Positions 40,067 through 50,787 of a stretch of DNA of 64,000 nucleotides are shown piece after piece. The notes under the pieces were generated by a model that saw only the letters and a list, made by a program, of their open reading frames with translations, ran no database searches and was not told the DNA's origin. The stretch is from an uncultured Spirochaetota bacterium (GTDB lineage: Bacteria > Spirochaetota > Spirochaetia > SZUA-6 > Fen-1364). Made by a program: the position numbers and the translations under genes. The stretch's first letter is position 1. The number at the start of each line of letters is the position of its first letter. The stretch covers positions 229,525-293,524 of the forward strand of contig CAWJSK010000001.1 of the NCBI GenBank assembly GCA_963845535.1. The letters run 5' to 3'.

Positions 40067-40237
40067 CTACTTCTTCGCCGGCACGTACTTCTTCGGGTCA
40101 GCGTCGAAGGCTTTTGCGCAGCCTTGCGCGCAGAAGTAGTACTTCGTGCCCTCGTAGCGCCTGGTCGCCGCGGCCGTTGCCGGGTCAATCATCATTCCGC
40201 ATACGACGTCCTTGACTTTGGATGGATCTGTTCCCAT
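40067..40237 (-). CDS. YHS/TRASH-domain metal-binding protein (not in ORF track)
   Basis: MGTDPSKVKDVVCGMMIDPATAAATRRYEGTKYYFCAQGCAKAFDADPKKYVPAKK*; AAGGAGG RBS. Confidence 0.9.
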   Translation of the reverse strand: MGTDPSKVKDVVCGMMIDPATAAATRRYEGTKYYFCAQGCAKAFDADPKKYVPAKK

Positions 40238-40249
40238 GTTCCCTCCTTC

Positions 40250-40525
40250 CTATCTCTCCAGATACTTCTCGAGTATCATCGTGATCTCGTCGATCTTCTC
40301 ACTCCCGTTGTTCGTCCTGAAGGCGTCCTTCACGCAGGTGTTCATGTGCTGCCTGAGGATGACGATGTTGGCTTTCTTCAAAAGCGCGATGGACGCGTGC
40401 ACCTGCTTGGACACGTCTATACAATAGCGGTCTTCCTCCACCATCCTCAATACCGCGTCGATCTGGCCCCTCGCCGTCTTCAGCAGGTCGACGGCCTTCT
40501 GGCTGTCATGGCTTCCATGGTCCAT
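40250..40525 (-). CDS. csoR: CsoR/RcnR-family copper-sensing repressor
   Basis: GQI..V..MVE.DRYC.D...Q...H...C ligand pattern. Confidence 0.88.
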   Translation of the reverse strand: MDHGSHDSQKAVDLLKTARGQIDAVLRMVEEDRYCIDVSKQVHASIALLKKANIVILRQHMNTCVKDAFRTNNGSEKIDEITMILEKYLER

Positions 40526-40533
40526 GGGGTCTC

Positions 40534-43029
40534 CTATCGCCGCGCCACCGGGGCGTACGGCGCGTCTCTTTGGATCCTGAACCCGCGCAGCCGCAACGCG
40601 TTGCTCACGACGGAAACGGAGCTCAGCGACATTGCCGCCGCGGCGAAAATGGGGTTGAGGAGCGGGCCGCCGAAAAGGTGCAGGACGCCGGCCGCGATCG
40701 GGATCCCCAGCACATTATAGCAGAACGCCCAGAACAGGTTCTGCTTGATATTGCGGATGGTCCCACGGCTGAGCCGGATGGCCCCCGCCACGTCCGCGAG
40801 GTCGCTTTTCATGAGGACGATGTCAGCCGACTCGATGGCCACGTCCGTCCCTGATCCGATGGCTATCCCGATGTCCGCCTGGGCAAGGGCCGCTGCATCG
40901 TTGATGCCGTCCCCCACCATGGCGACCCTGCGGCCTTCGTCCTGAAGCTTCTTCACGGCGGCAGCCTTCTGGTGCGGCAGCACCTCGGCCATCACCTTGT
41001 CCACCCCGACCTGCCGCGCAATGGCCTGAGCGGTCCTGGGGTTGTCACCGGTGAGCATCACGACCTGGAGGCCCATGTCGCGCAGCCTGCGGATTGCGCC
41101 CGCGCTGGATTCCTTGGGAACGTCGGCAACGGCAATGATCCCCGCGGGGGCGCCATCAACGGCAACGAACATGGGCGTCTTGCCGTCCTCTGCGAGCCGC
41201 GCGGATTCACCCACAAGCGTTCCGAGGCTGACGCCGCGAGCGCTCATGAGCTGCTCGTTCCCCAGGAGGAGCGCTTTCCCACCAATCCGCGCCTCGATTC
41301 CCTGGCCCGGGATGGCCTGGAACTTTTCCAGCGCCAGGAGACTGAGTCCCCTGTGCTCCGCGCTCTGGACTATGGCATCCCCCAGGGGATGCTCCGAGCC
41401 CTTCTCCGCGGAAGCGGCAAGCTGAAGGAGCGCGTTCTCATCCAGACCGTCCGCCAGGGAGACATCCGTGACGACCGGCCGGCCCTCGGTCACGGTGCCA
41501 GTCTTGTCGAGGACCACCGTCTGCACACGGTGCGTCGCCTCGAGCGCGGCTCCCCCTTTGATGAGGATCCCTTCTTCGGCTCCCTTGCCTGTACCCACCA
41601 TGATGGCCGTGGGTGTGGCAAGGCCGAGCGCGCAGGGGCAGGCTATCACGAGCACCGCCGTGAATATGCTCATGCTGAATGCAAAGCTCTGGCCCGAGAT
41701 GAGCCAGGCGGCTCCGGCCGCCAGCGCTATGAGTATGACGATGGGAACGAAATAGCCCGAGACGACATCGGCAAGCTGGGCGATGGGCGCCTTGGACCCC
41801 TGGGCCTGCTCCACCAGCTTGATGATCTGCGCAAGGGCCGTGTCGCTGCCCACGCGGGTGGCCCGGAACGTGAACGTCCCATTCTTGTTGATGCTGGCTC
41901 CCGTCACCGGGTCACCGGCCTTTTTCTCCACGGGGATGCTTTCCCCGGTGAGCATGGATTCGTCGACGGATGTGTAGCCGTCGATCACTTCGCCATCAAC
42001 GGGCACCTTCTCTCCGGGTCGGACTCGCACGACGTCGCCGACCTCGACCTCGGAGATGGCGATTTCGGTTTCCTCTCCCTCATGGACCACGGTTGCCGTC
42101 TTGGGCGCGAGTCCCATCAGCTTCTTGATGGCTTGCGAAGTTTTTCCCTTGGAGACAGTTTCAAGAGTCTTCCCGAGCATGATGAGGGTCAGGATGACCG
42201 CGGCAGTCTCGAAGTAGAGGTTCTTCACCGCCATTACGTCCCCCAGCGCAATGCGGACTGTGCTGTAGATGCTGTACAGGACCGCCGCCGCGGTCCCGAT
42301 GGCAATCAGGGAGTCCATGTTGGGCGCCCTGTGCCAGAGCGCTTTCAGGCCCACCTTGTAGAACTTGCTTCCCGCAATGATGGCTGGGATCACCAGGATG
42401 ATCTGGGCAATCGCGTAGCTCAGGGGAAAGCGCAGGGGGTCCAGGAACCCGGGGAGTGGAATCCGCGCCCCGGGGATCATGTGCACGAGCGCCAGGTAGA
42501 GGAGCGGAACAGAGGCAGAGGCGGCAACGATGAACCGGGTCCACATCACACGGATCTCACGTTCCTTGCGCTCAGCGTCGTGATCCACGGCATCCGTGGC
42601 ATCTACCTCGCGGGGAGTGTAGCCAGCGTCAGTGATGGCTTTCTTGATTCCGGAGAGCCTGACCCGCGCCGGATCATACGTGACGTCAGCCTTCTCCGTG
42701 GCAAGGTTCACCGTCACCCCAGCCACGCCTTCGAGCTTGCCTACCGCTTTCTCGATATGCGCGACGCAGGAAGCGCACGTCATTCCCTCCACGGGTATCA
42801 CGACGTGCTTGGTTTCTTCCTGTCGCTCCAGGCCGTAGCCTGCTTCTTCCACCGCTTTCTTCACGCCCTCGAAAGTCACCTGGCCTTCGTCGTACTCCAG
42901 GTGGAGCTTTTCCGTCGCCAGGTTCACGCTCGCGGCGCTGACCCCCGGGAGCTTGCCCACCACTTTCTCCACGCGCGCGGAGCATGATGCGCAGGTCATT
43001 CCTGTTATGGTGATCTCTTCAAGTTTCAT
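40534..43029 (-). CDS. copA: Cu(I)-translocating P1B-type ATPase with two HMA domains
   Basis: Two GMTCASC motifs, TGES, CPC, DKTGT, SEHPL, GDGIND, YN and MSLSS. Confidence 0.95.
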   Translation of the reverse strand: MKLEEITITGMTCASCSARVEKVVGKLPGVSAASVNLATEKLHLEYDEGQVTFEGVKKAVEEAGYGLERQEETKHVVIPVEGMTCASCVAHIEKAVGKLEGVAGVTVNLATEKADVTYDPARVRLSGIKKAITDAGYTPREVDATDAVDHDAERKEREIRVMWTRFIVAASASVPLLYLALVHMIPGARIPLPGFLDPLRFPLSYAIAQIILVIPAIIAGSKFYKVGLKALWHRAPNMDSLIAIGTAAAVLYSIYSTVRIALGDVMAVKNLYFETAAVILTLIMLGKTLETVSKGKTSQAIKKLMGLAPKTATVVHEGEETEIAISEVEVGDVVRVRPGEKVPVDGEVIDGYTSVDESMLTGESIPVEKKAGDPVTGASINKNGTFTFRATRVGSDTALAQIIKLVEQAQGSKAPIAQLADVVSGYFVPIVILIALAAGAAWLISGQSFAFSMSIFTAVLVIACPCALGLATPTAIMVGTGKGAEEGILIKGGAALEATHRVQTVVLDKTGTVTEGRPVVTDVSLADGLDENALLQLAASAEKGSEHPLGDAIVQSAEHRGLSLLALEKFQAIPGQGIEARIGGKALLLGNEQLMSARGVSLGTLVGESARLAEDGKTPMFVAVDGAPAGIIAVADVPKESSAGAIRRLRDMGLQVVMLTGDNPRTAQAIARQVGVDKVMAEVLPHQKAAAVKKLQDEGRRVAMVGDGINDAAALAQADIGIAIGSGTDVAIESADIVLMKSDLADVAGAIRLSRGTIRNIKQNLFWAFCYNVLGIPIAAGVLHLFGGPLLNPIFAAAAMSLSSVSVVSNALRLRGFRIQRDAPYAPVARR

Positions 43030-43071
43030 GATTGCCCCCGAATCCCTTTCCGTTGCCCATTTGTTCTTCCG

Positions 43072-43132
43072 ACCCTCCCCTGGTGGGGAGGGGGTATACC
43101 TTTAACTTACTCCGTCCGGTTCACGTCGTCAA
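43072..43132 (-). promoter_or_regulatory. copA promoter with candidate CsoR operator
   Basis: TTGACG-17-TAAGTT (43132-43104), then G/C-tract palindrome CCCTCCCC-TGGT-GGGGAGGG flanked by GTATAC. Confidence 0.65.
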
Positions 43133-43146
43133 GCGGGATCAATCTG

Positions 43147-44028
43147 CTACGCGAACCACTCCCAGTTTCCGCCGCCGTTTACAGCCTTCTGGGTGTATTG
43201 CTGCTGCGCCTGCGCTTCCATCTGGTACGCTTCATTTGCAATGCGCGTATTCAAGGCGGACGGAGCTGCGCTTCCGACGGCCTGGATGACTTCCTGCGCG
43301 GTCCTCATGGCTGCCTGCGGATCACCTGCGGCAAAGCCGACGCTGGGTCCCCGCGTCGAACCCATGAGCCCTGACAGCAATGCGGATGTCTCCCTGCCTA
43401 TCTGTTCGGTCTCCAGGAGCTGCGCGCCTGCCCGAGGAAGGGGAGCCGACCCCGGTGCGCCGCCGGCTGCAATTGCCTGCGGGCCTCCAGGGTTCGGGCC
43501 TGCCGCACTTGCCATGACGCCTGCGGGGTTTGCCGCCTGGCCTGTCGCGTTTGCCGCGGCAAACGCCGGCGGAGTCGGTGCGGGGAAAACCCTCTCGTTC
43601 TGGCCCATCATGTTCTGGTCCATCATGTTCGGGCCCATCAATGGAGACAGCAGCGCGGAAGTCACCCTCCCTTGCTGCTCCATTTCAAAGAGCGGGGCGT
43701 TGATCCTCGGCTGCGGACCCGGCAGCCCTCCCGCGGTCTGGCCCGTTGCCGTGAAGCCCGGCGGCGGAGCCGGGGGCTGAAAAAAGCCCAGGTTTGGCCC
43801 GGGAAGCGTCGAAAGCAATGCGGAGGTCTCCCGCCCCCGCTGCATCATCTGAAGCACCTGCGGGGGAAGCCTCTGCCCGGCGGCGGCTGCGGCGGTCGCC
43901 GGGGCGTTGTTGGGAGCCCCTCCGGCGGCATCGTTGGGCGCGTCGCCTGGGTACACTGCCTGATTCTGGCGGCGGAGAGCCGTCAGGTCAGGCCTCATGG
44001 AAACACCGTTGATGGGTTCTATCGCCAT
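43147..44028 (-). CDS. Low-complexity repeat protein with SprA-related-like C-terminus
   Basis: Three 'GR[EV]TSALLS.L.G' repeats in Pro/Ala/Gly-rich spacers; C-terminal 'GDPQAAMR.AQ.VI.A...APS..N.RIA.EA..MEAQAQ'. Confidence 0.6.
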   Translation of the reverse strand: MAIEPINGVSMRPDLTALRRQNQAVYPGDAPNDAAGGAPNNAPATAAAAAGQRLPPQVLQMMQRGRETSALLSTLPGPNLGFFQPPAPPPGFTATGQTAGGLPGPQPRINAPLFEMEQQGRVTSALLSPLMGPNMMDQNMMGQNERVFPAPTPPAFAAANATGQAANPAGVMASAAGPNPGGPQAIAAGGAPGSAPLPRAGAQLLETEQIGRETSALLSGLMGSTRGPSVGFAAGDPQAAMRTAQEVIQAVGSAAPSALNTRIANEAYQMEAQAQQQYTQKAVNGGGNWEWFA

Positions 44029-44097
44029 AAAGGATGCCTCACCCTAGAGAATACTCATTTTCAGGGCTTCAGGTTGCCGCCTCCTCCGTCAACGCCG

Positions 44098-45090
44098 TCA
44101 TCCCACGAAGTGACACGCCACTTTGTGACCGGGCGCAACCTCCTTCAGCAACGGCTTTGCGGTCCTGCAGATGTCCTTTACCCGCGGGCACCTCCCGACA
44201 AACGGGCATCCCACCGGCGGCCGCGTCGCGTTGAACGGGGCGCCGATTGCCAGCCCCCTGTCTGGAGCCTTTGTCCCCAGGCGGGGGATTGCGCTGTAGA
44301 GGAGCTGGGAGTAGGGGTGGAGGGGGTTGCGGCTGATTTCACCCGCTGGAGCTTCTTCCATCATGCTCCCGCCATAGAGGACGCCGATTCGATCCGCCAT
44401 GTAAGACACGACGGTCAGGTCATGCGCAATGAAGAGGATGCTCAGGTCGAGCTGCCGTTTCAGGTCCACGAGCAGGTTGAGGATCTGTCCCTGGATGGAG
44501 ACATCCAGCGCGCTCACCACCTCGTCGCAGATCAGCGCCCGGGGATGGCTGAAGAGCGCCCGCGCAAGGGAGATGCGCTGGCGCTGGCCGCCGGAGAACT
44601 CAGACGGTCTCCTCTGGAGATCCTCTGGTCGCAAGCCAACGGCTTCCATCACTTCCCGCGCTCGGTCAGCAAGCTCGGCGGACCCGGGGGATTGCTCGGC
44701 GTATCTCATCCCTGCCGTAAGGATGCGAAGCACGTCCATCCGTGGGTCGAGCGATGAGGAGGGATCCTGGAAGACGTATTTGACTTCCGAGCGGAAACGG
44801 CGCAGCTGCCGCGGATTCGCCTGGGAGATTTCCCATGTCTCACCGTCCTTGAAATACTCGATCCTCCCGGAGGTGTGGGGGAAGAGCTGGACGATGGCCT
44901 TGGCGAGCGTTGTCTTCCCGGAGCCGGATTCTCCCACCAGCCCGTAGGTTTCTCCCGAGCGGATGTCTATGCTGACCCCGTTCACGGCCCAGACCCAGCG
45001 GCTTGCGGAGGCGAAGAGGCCGGCCTCCAGCTTGTAGACCTTCGTCAGCTCGTTGACGCGGATAACGGGCTCTGTGGCTTGCGCAATCAC
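44098..45090 (-). CDS. Oligopeptide/dipeptide ABC transporter ATPase (OppF/DppF-like)
   Basis: GESGSGKT, FSGGQRQR, ICDE, HPYS, C-terminal CPF..RC...C...ACH. Confidence 0.92.
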   Translation of the reverse strand: MIAQATEPVIRVNELTKVYKLEAGLFASASRWVWAVNGVSIDIRSGETYGLVGESGSGKTTLAKAIVQLFPHTSGRIEYFKDGETWEISQANPRQLRRFRSEVKYVFQDPSSSLDPRMDVLRILTAGMRYAEQSPGSAELADRAREVMEAVGLRPEDLQRRPSEFSGGQRQRISLARALFSHPRALICDEVVSALDVSIQGQILNLLVDLKRQLDLSILFIAHDLTVVSYMADRIGVLYGGSMMEEAPAGEISRNPLHPYSQLLYSAIPRLGTKAPDRGLAIGAPFNATRPPVGCPFVGRCPRVKDICRTAKPLLKEVAPGHKVACHFVG

Positions 45091-46079
45091 GTTTTCACTC
45101 CGGGAAAAACACAGCGGTACTTCCCACGGCCCTCAGGCTCTCCGCTCCCCGAAAGCGGCGGGACGGCGGCGCGGCAACGCTCCGCCGCCATGAGGCATCT
45201 GGGCGCGAACGGGCACCCCGGTTCACGACGCGTCGGATCAGGAACGGAACCGGCTATGGAGCGGAGCTTCTCAGCTCTGTAATGGCTGCCCCATGAAGGC
45301 AGCGCGTCCAGGAGCGCGCGCGTGTAGGGGCTTCGAGGCTGGGAGAGCACGGCGCCCGCCGGCCCTTCCTCGAGGACCAGCCCCGCGTACATGACGATGA
45401 TCCTGTCCGCAATCTGGCCGACCAGAGCGAGGTTATGCGATATGAAGACCAGGGAGAGGCGACGTCGCTCCCGCAGCTCGTCCAGCAGCCCGATGATCTC
45501 CGCCTGGATGGTGACGTCCAGGGCGGTCGTCGGTTCATCCGCGATCAACACCTCGGGATCATTCGCCAGGGCGAGGGCGATCATGATCCTCTGGAGCATC
45601 CCGCCGGAGAACTGGTGCGGAAAACCGCGCAAGCGTTCTTCGGCCCGCGAGATGTGGACCTCCGTCAGCAGCCGCACCGCCTTGTCCCTGCACTCAGCCG
45701 GACTCAAGGACGGGTTCTTCACGCGCAGGGTTTCCTGGAAGGTCTTGCCAATGCTGCAAATGGGGTCGAAGGAGCGGCTGGGCTCCTGGAAGATCATGGA
45801 GGCAACCGTCCCTCGGAGAGAGCGAAGCCGCTCGCGCGCCAGGTGACGCACGTCGTTCCCCTTGAGAGCGATGGTTCCGTTCACCTGCGCGTCCCGTCCC
45901 AGAAGCCCGAGGGCGGCAAGGGCGCTCACGCTCTTTCCTGACCCCGACTCACCGACGATTCCCAGGCACTCTCCTCGTTGGAGCGCGAAGTCCACTCCGC
46001 GCACAGCCTGGATGGCGCCGTTGCCTGACGGGAAGTCCACCGTCAGGCCCCGAACCTCGAGGATCACGGGGTCAGCCAC
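45087..46079 (-). CDS. Oligopeptide/dipeptide ABC transporter ATPase (OppD/DppD-like)
   Basis: GESGSGKS, FSGGMLQR, DEPTTALDVTIQA; GTG start 46079. Confidence 0.92.
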   Translation of the reverse strand: MADPVILEVRGLTVDFPSGNGAIQAVRGVDFALQRGECLGIVGESGSGKSVSALAALGLLGRDAQVNGTIALKGNDVRHLARERLRSLRGTVASMIFQEPSRSFDPICSIGKTFQETLRVKNPSLSPAECRDKAVRLLTEVHISRAEERLRGFPHQFSGGMLQRIMIALALANDPEVLIADEPTTALDVTIQAEIIGLLDELRERRRLSLVFISHNLALVGQIADRIIVMYAGLVLEEGPAGAVLSQPRSPYTRALLDALPSWGSHYRAEKLRSIAGSVPDPTRREPGCPFAPRCLMAAERCRAAVPPLSGSGEPEGRGKYRCVFPGVKT

Positions 46080-47154
46080 GGCGAGTCTCCCTCCAGTTGG
46101 GGTCCGCGACGTCCCTGAGCAGCTCTCCCAGGAAATTGAAAGCCAGCGCGATGATGATGAGGAAAACGCCGGGCGTGAACAGCCACGGGAACTGGACGAG
46201 GTTCGTGATGGTGGTGGCATCACGATTGATCATGCTGCCCCAGCTTACGGCGGGATCCACAATACCCAGCCCAAGGTAAGAAAGGACCGTCTCCCCAAGG
46301 ATGAACCCCGGAATCCCGAGTGTGACGCTGATGATGAGGATTGACGACATTTGCGGAACGATGTGGCGGAACAGGATTGCCCGCGGCGGCATGGATTCCA
46401 GCTCCGCATTGGCCACGAAGTCGTTTCGTTTGATGGCGTGCACCATGCCGCGGATCATCCTCGCCGTCCCCGGCCATCCCACGGTAGAGAGAATCACGGT
46501 TATGATGGCATACGACTGGCCGGAGTTGAGGTTCGTGCTGAGAATCGACCTGAGAAAAAGGATCAGGTAGAGGCCGGGGATCAGGATGATGAACTCGGCC
46601 AGGCGCATGACGACCCAGTCCCAGAGCCCTCCGAAGTACCCGGCCAGCCCGCCAAAGAACAGCGCGATGAAAAGCGAGATCGTCGTGCCCACAAACCCGA
46701 TGGTCAGGGAGATGCGTGACCCGTACAGCAGCCTGCTGAAAATGTCCCTGCCGAGGTTGTCGGTACCCAAGATGAACACGGGCTCCGCCCCGGCACGAGG
46801 GTCCGAATAGCGGCTCGTGCCGAAGAGATGGCGGTGGATGGGGATAACGCCCCAAAGCTTCACGTCCGGTCCGACCGCGAGGAGATACACCGGCGTGTAG
46901 TGACCTTCAATTCCCGCGTACTCGCGAGTGACGTCATTAAGAAGGACAAGCGTCTGGACTTGAGGCCGAAAACCAAGAGCGCGGGAGTACCAGAGAAGTG
47001 ACGGGGGCTGGTCCGGATGGTTTGCGAACTGGTCGTTGGGTCCGTACGGCGCAAGGAACTCACAGAAGATCATGCCGACGTACAGGATGGCCAGGACGAC
47101 GAGAGAGGCGAGCGCTATCGGCCTCCTGCGGAGCGCGCTCCAGAACCTTTTCAT
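46072..47154 (-). CDS. Peptide ABC transporter permease (OppC/DppC-like)
   Basis: LGTDNLGRDIFSRLLYGSRISL, LSYLGLGI..P..SWG. Confidence 0.92.
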   Translation of the reverse strand: MKRFWSALRRRPIALASLVVLAILYVGMIFCEFLAPYGPNDQFANHPDQPPSLLWYSRALGFRPQVQTLVLLNDVTREYAGIEGHYTPVYLLAVGPDVKLWGVIPIHRHLFGTSRYSDPRAGAEPVFILGTDNLGRDIFSRLLYGSRISLTIGFVGTTISLFIALFFGGLAGYFGGLWDWVVMRLAEFIILIPGLYLILFLRSILSTNLNSGQSYAIITVILSTVGWPGTARMIRGMVHAIKRNDFVANAELESMPPRAILFRHIVPQMSSILIISVTLGIPGFILGETVLSYLGLGIVDPAVSWGSMINRDATTITNLVQFPWLFTPGVFLIIIALAFNFLGELLRDVADPNWRETRRG

Positions 47155-48233
47155 GCGCGGGAATACCTGATGCGCGGGTCCACGAGCGCCAGCGCCACGT
47201 CGGAAATGAGCATCCCCACCAGGATGAGGAAGCTGATGAACATCATGTTCGTCATCACGACGTTGATGTCCTTCTGCACGACCGCTTCGTACATGAGCCG
47301 TCCGATGCCGGGGTAAGAAAAGATGATCTCGAGAATCAGGGATCCCGAGAACAGGTCAGCAAGGAGCGTGGATGAGCCCGTGATGAAAGGGTTCATCGTA
47401 TTGCGGAAAGCGTGGTTGAAATAGATCCTGCGCTCCGGGATCCCGCGTGAGCGCAGCGCGGTGATATAGGGCTGACCGAGTTGGTCCAGCATGGTGGCGC
47501 GGATCAGTCTGAGTGAGCCGCCAATGCTGCCCAGGAACGCCCCAATGAGGGGAAGGATGATGTGGTAGAGATAGGAGAACGAGAAACCGAGCGGATTCCC
47601 GTCGAAGTTGTTGGTTGGATACGCGGTCACGGGGAAGATTCCCGTTGCCCAGGCGAACATCTGCAGGAGAATCAGGAGGAGGATCCCCGGGAACGCATTG
47701 AGGAACAAGCTGACGAAAGCCACGGCCACGTCGACAGTGGTGCCGGCCTTGGAGGAGAAGTAGATGCCGAGTGCGAAGGAAATGATGGTGAGAAAGACGA
47801 GGGAGATGAGGTTCAGGATGATGGAGTTGACCATCCGCGAGCCTACAAGGTAGAGCACGGGCGCGCGTGAAATGAGGGATCGTCCCAGGTCATGCTCCAC
47901 GAACACCTGGTGGAGCCAGTGCATGTACTGCAGGTAAAACGGCCGGTCCAGCCACAACCGGTGCTTGGCCTCCCTGATCTGCTCGTCGGTCAGGATGTTC
48001 GTGGTTGAGTGAGCGCCTCCGGTCTGAAGGACCAGGGTGCGGACGTAGTTGTCAATAATGTCTCCCGGCGAGAGGGACATCAGACCGAACACGCCGAGCC
48101 CCAGGAGGAACAGCATCACCACCATCGTCAAGACCCGTCCCGTAAGGAAAGTGGCCAGGGGGTGCTGCTGGCGCAGCCGGGACAACCTGAACGGCGCTCG
48201 CGCGGGAGCGGGGCTCGGGGCAGGCGAGCTCAT
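47151..48233 (-). CDS. Peptide ABC transporter permease (OppB/DppB-like)
   Basis: PGD, DLGRSL, EIIFSYPGIG, DPRIRY. Confidence 0.92.
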   Translation of the reverse strand: MSSPAPSPAPARAPFRLSRLRQQHPLATFLTGRVLTMVVMLFLLGLGVFGLMSLSPGDIIDNYVRTLVLQTGGAHSTTNILTDEQIREAKHRLWLDRPFYLQYMHWLHQVFVEHDLGRSLISRAPVLYLVGSRMVNSIILNLISLVFLTIISFALGIYFSSKAGTTVDVAVAFVSLFLNAFPGILLLILLQMFAWATGIFPVTAYPTNNFDGNPLGFSFSYLYHIILPLIGAFLGSIGGSLRLIRATMLDQLGQPYITALRSRGIPERRIYFNHAFRNTMNPFITGSSTLLADLFSGSLILEIIFSYPGIGRLMYEAVVQKDINVVMTNMMFISFLILVGMLISDVALALVDPRIRYSRA

Positions 48234-50059
48234 TGGGCTCTCAAGAAGACGTAGTTGAAGTCCGGCGCCCCGAGCACGTCAGAGCGAATATTCCCCCATT
48301 TGTCCAAGTAGGCGCTGAAAGAATCCTGGTACACCATGTACATGACTGGCACCTCGTCCAGGAGGATCCGCTGGTACTGGTCCCAGATTTTCTTTGCCTT
48401 CACCGGGTCACGCTCCGAGTAGCCCTGCCAGTACAGCTCATCCACTTTCGCCTCCCACGCCGTGGCCGGTTTGGCCTGAAGAGGGTTCCACAGATGGAGG
48501 TTGCCCAAGGAGAGCCAGACGTTGTCTCCCTGAGTGGGGAAATAGTTTGATCCGACGGAGATCATGATGGACTGCCAGTCGTACCCCTTGGTCAGGCTCT
48601 CCACGATCTTCTGGAACTGGATGGGCCTCACGTTGAGCTTGATGCCGACTTTCGAAAGCTCGTCCGCGTAGATTGTCGCGATATCGATGCCCAGGTTGTT
48701 TTCCACCGGAACGGTGAGATCGTAGGAGATCCGGTTTCCATCCGAATCCAGCATGAGCCCTTGGGCATCGGGTTTGATCCCGATCTGCGCCAGGAGCTGC
48801 TTCCCGCGGGTGGGATCATATGTGAACTGCTGCGTGATGGACGGCTCGTAATAGGGGTTTGGCTTGGCGAAAAAGGAGAGGTCCGGCTCCGCGAGCCCCC
48901 GGTAAACCTCCTTGACCACTCTGTCTCTGTTGAAAAAGCAGCTCATGGCCTGACGGAACGTGGTGTTGGAGAACCACTTCACGTACAGCGGCTTCAAGTT
49001 CCTTGGGTTCTGGTTCCAGGAGATGAAGGCGGCGCCAAGACTGGGTCCATTATAGTAAACGGTGTAATCTTGCGTCTTCTTCGAGGTCATCTCGTCCAGG
49101 TCCTCAGGCCGCAGCCCATAGCCGTCCAGCTCCCCGGCAAGGAACTTCAGTTTCTCAGTGTCGCGGCTCGGGACTATTTTCGTTTCGTATCTCTCTATAT
49201 ACGGGATTTTCTGACCGAAGTCGTCTGTCTTCCAGTAGTTCGGATTGCGCGCCAACGTCGCTTGGATCCCCGGCTTGTTCGACTCTATGTAGTATGGCCC
49301 CATGGACGGAATGGTCCGCGGATCCGTATTGACGCTCCAGAGGTTGAGGACGCCTTCCACGCCCCCTTTCTTCTTGGCTTCCTCGAATATGTAGCGCGGA
49401 CCGAAGTTCATGTTGCTGGAAAGCTCCGGCATTGCGACGATGCGCGGGTAATGGAAGACAAACCGCCTCTCGTCGATCTTTTCCATGTCGATGTGCTTCT
49501 TTTTCCCGTCCGGCATCTGGACGAATTGTCCCGCGTATCCCGAGTGCTGGAAGGCGGGATCACCTTCTATCTCATTATACCAGAACACGACGTCATCCGA
49601 CGTCACTTTGACCTTCCTGCTCGGGTCCGCAAGAGTCGTCCAGTACAGGTCGTCGCGGAGCGTGAAAGTCACGTCCATGGTTCTTGCTGCGTCGTTGACT
49701 GAAATCTCATACGACGATGCAGCAAGCGGTTTCCACTGCTTCTTATACGCGTCGTATTCCAGAAGGTAGCTGGAAAGGTTGTCCGTAATACCGGCGCTCT
49801 CCGCGTCATAGACGGCCACCACCGGGTTGAAGGTCTTCAGCTCATTGGTGAGGTTGTTTCGCCACGTCCCGCCCGGTTTGCCTTTTTCATAGGGAGCCGT
49901 GCTTCCCGGCCGGTAGACCGTTTTCTGAATGAGACTGTCCTCCTGCTGTTTTCTCTGGAACGTAAGCTGATCTTCCGAGATCTGCTTGACCCCGTGACCG
50001 CAGGCGGCCAGGAAGGCCAGGGAAGCCGACAGCACCAAGAGAAAGGGCAGTCTTTTCAA
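48230..50059 (-). CDS. Family 5 ABC substrate-binding lipoprotein (OppA/DppA-like)
   Basis: Lipobox LAA-C, KTFNP, FTLR..L.W, RNPNYWK, FRQAMS. Confidence 0.9.
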   Translation of the reverse strand: MKRLPFLLVLSASLAFLAACGHGVKQISEDQLTFQRKQQEDSLIQKTVYRPGSTAPYEKGKPGGTWRNNLTNELKTFNPVVAVYDAESAGITDNLSSYLLEYDAYKKQWKPLAASSYEISVNDAARTMDVTFTLRDDLYWTTLADPSRKVKVTSDDVVFWYNEIEGDPAFQHSGYAGQFVQMPDGKKKHIDMEKIDERRFVFHYPRIVAMPELSSNMNFGPRYIFEEAKKKGGVEGVLNLWSVNTDPRTIPSMGPYYIESNKPGIQATLARNPNYWKTDDFGQKIPYIERYETKIVPSRDTEKLKFLAGELDGYGLRPEDLDEMTSKKTQDYTVYYNGPSLGAAFISWNQNPRNLKPLYVKWFSNTTFRQAMSCFFNRDRVVKEVYRGLAEPDLSFFAKPNPYYEPSITQQFTYDPTRGKQLLAQIGIKPDAQGLMLDSDGNRISYDLTVPVENNLGIDIATIYADELSKVGIKLNVRPIQFQKIVESLTKGYDWQSIMISVGSNYFPTQGDNVWLSLGNLHLWNPLQAKPATAWEAKVDELYWQGYSERDPVKAKKIWDQYQRILLDEVPVMYMVYQDSFSAYLDKWGNIRSDVLGAPDFNYVFLRAQ

Positions 50060-50120
50060 TTCTCGACTCCTCCGTATCAGCGTTTCCGTGTTGCGCGCAT
50101 TTCAGCAACCAGGGGCAAGC

Positions 50121-50750
50121 TTACACAGCCCGCCCGTGGGGGGCAATCGGAAAGAAATGTTCCATCAGGGAATCGACGTATGCCGCGCGGCCGGCCGCTT
50201 GGGAAAAGTCGCTTCCCACGGCATTTCGATACAGTTGCGGCAGGATGCCCGGCAGCAGAACGGCGGACACCATCTGGACCACGTCGGTGCCGATTTCGCG
50301 CACGCTTCTGTCAGGGAACAGCACGGCCATTTCCCGCATCAGCGAGGAGAGGAACTTCGTGAACCTCTTGATGAACGCCGTGTGCCCCGACCCGTTGGCG
50401 AAGGTGTCGTACAGATGCGCCCTGACGATGCCGGGAAACCTCAGGGACCCCTCGAACACTTCGACAAGGATAGAGCGGATGCGCCGGCGAAGATCACCGG
50501 ACTCCCGGAGAAGAACCTCCCAGTCACCGAAGGCGTTCTCGAGGGTCAGGGCCATGGCCTGGCTGAGCAGAGCGTCCTTTGATCTGAAGTAATAGCTGAT
50601 GGCGGCGCTGTTCACCCCGGCTTCCCGCGCAATGCCGCGGATGGTCACCCCCTGAAGCCCGTCACGCTCTATGCAGGTTATTGCCGCCTCGACAATCCGC
50701 CTCTGGACGGGAACCGAAGGAGCTTCTTTGCGTGCGCGCACACTTTTCAC
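50121..50750 (-). CDS. TetR/AcrR family regulator
   Basis: TIRGIAREAGVNSAAISYYFRSK helix-turn-helix. Confidence 0.92.
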   Translation of the reverse strand: MKSVRARKEAPSVPVQRRIVEAAITCIERDGLQGVTIRGIAREAGVNSAAISYYFRSKDALLSQAMALTLENAFGDWEVLLRESGDLRRRIRSILVEVFEGSLRFPGIVRAHLYDTFANGSGHTAFIKRFTKFLSSLMREMAVLFPDRSVREIGTDVVQMVSAVLLPGILPQLYRNAVGSDFSQAAGRAAYVDSLMEHFFPIAPHGRAV

Positions 50751-50787
50751 ACGTCCGATTCAATCATAGGCCTGGGGCTTCCGCAAC

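Noticed and set aside
40972..42987. 671-aa plus-strand ORF and other long antisense ORFs (e.g. 25675..27618, 55034..56326, 50812..52086)
   Set aside because: Shadow frames opposite well-supported genes in GC-rich DNA; no recognisable motifs
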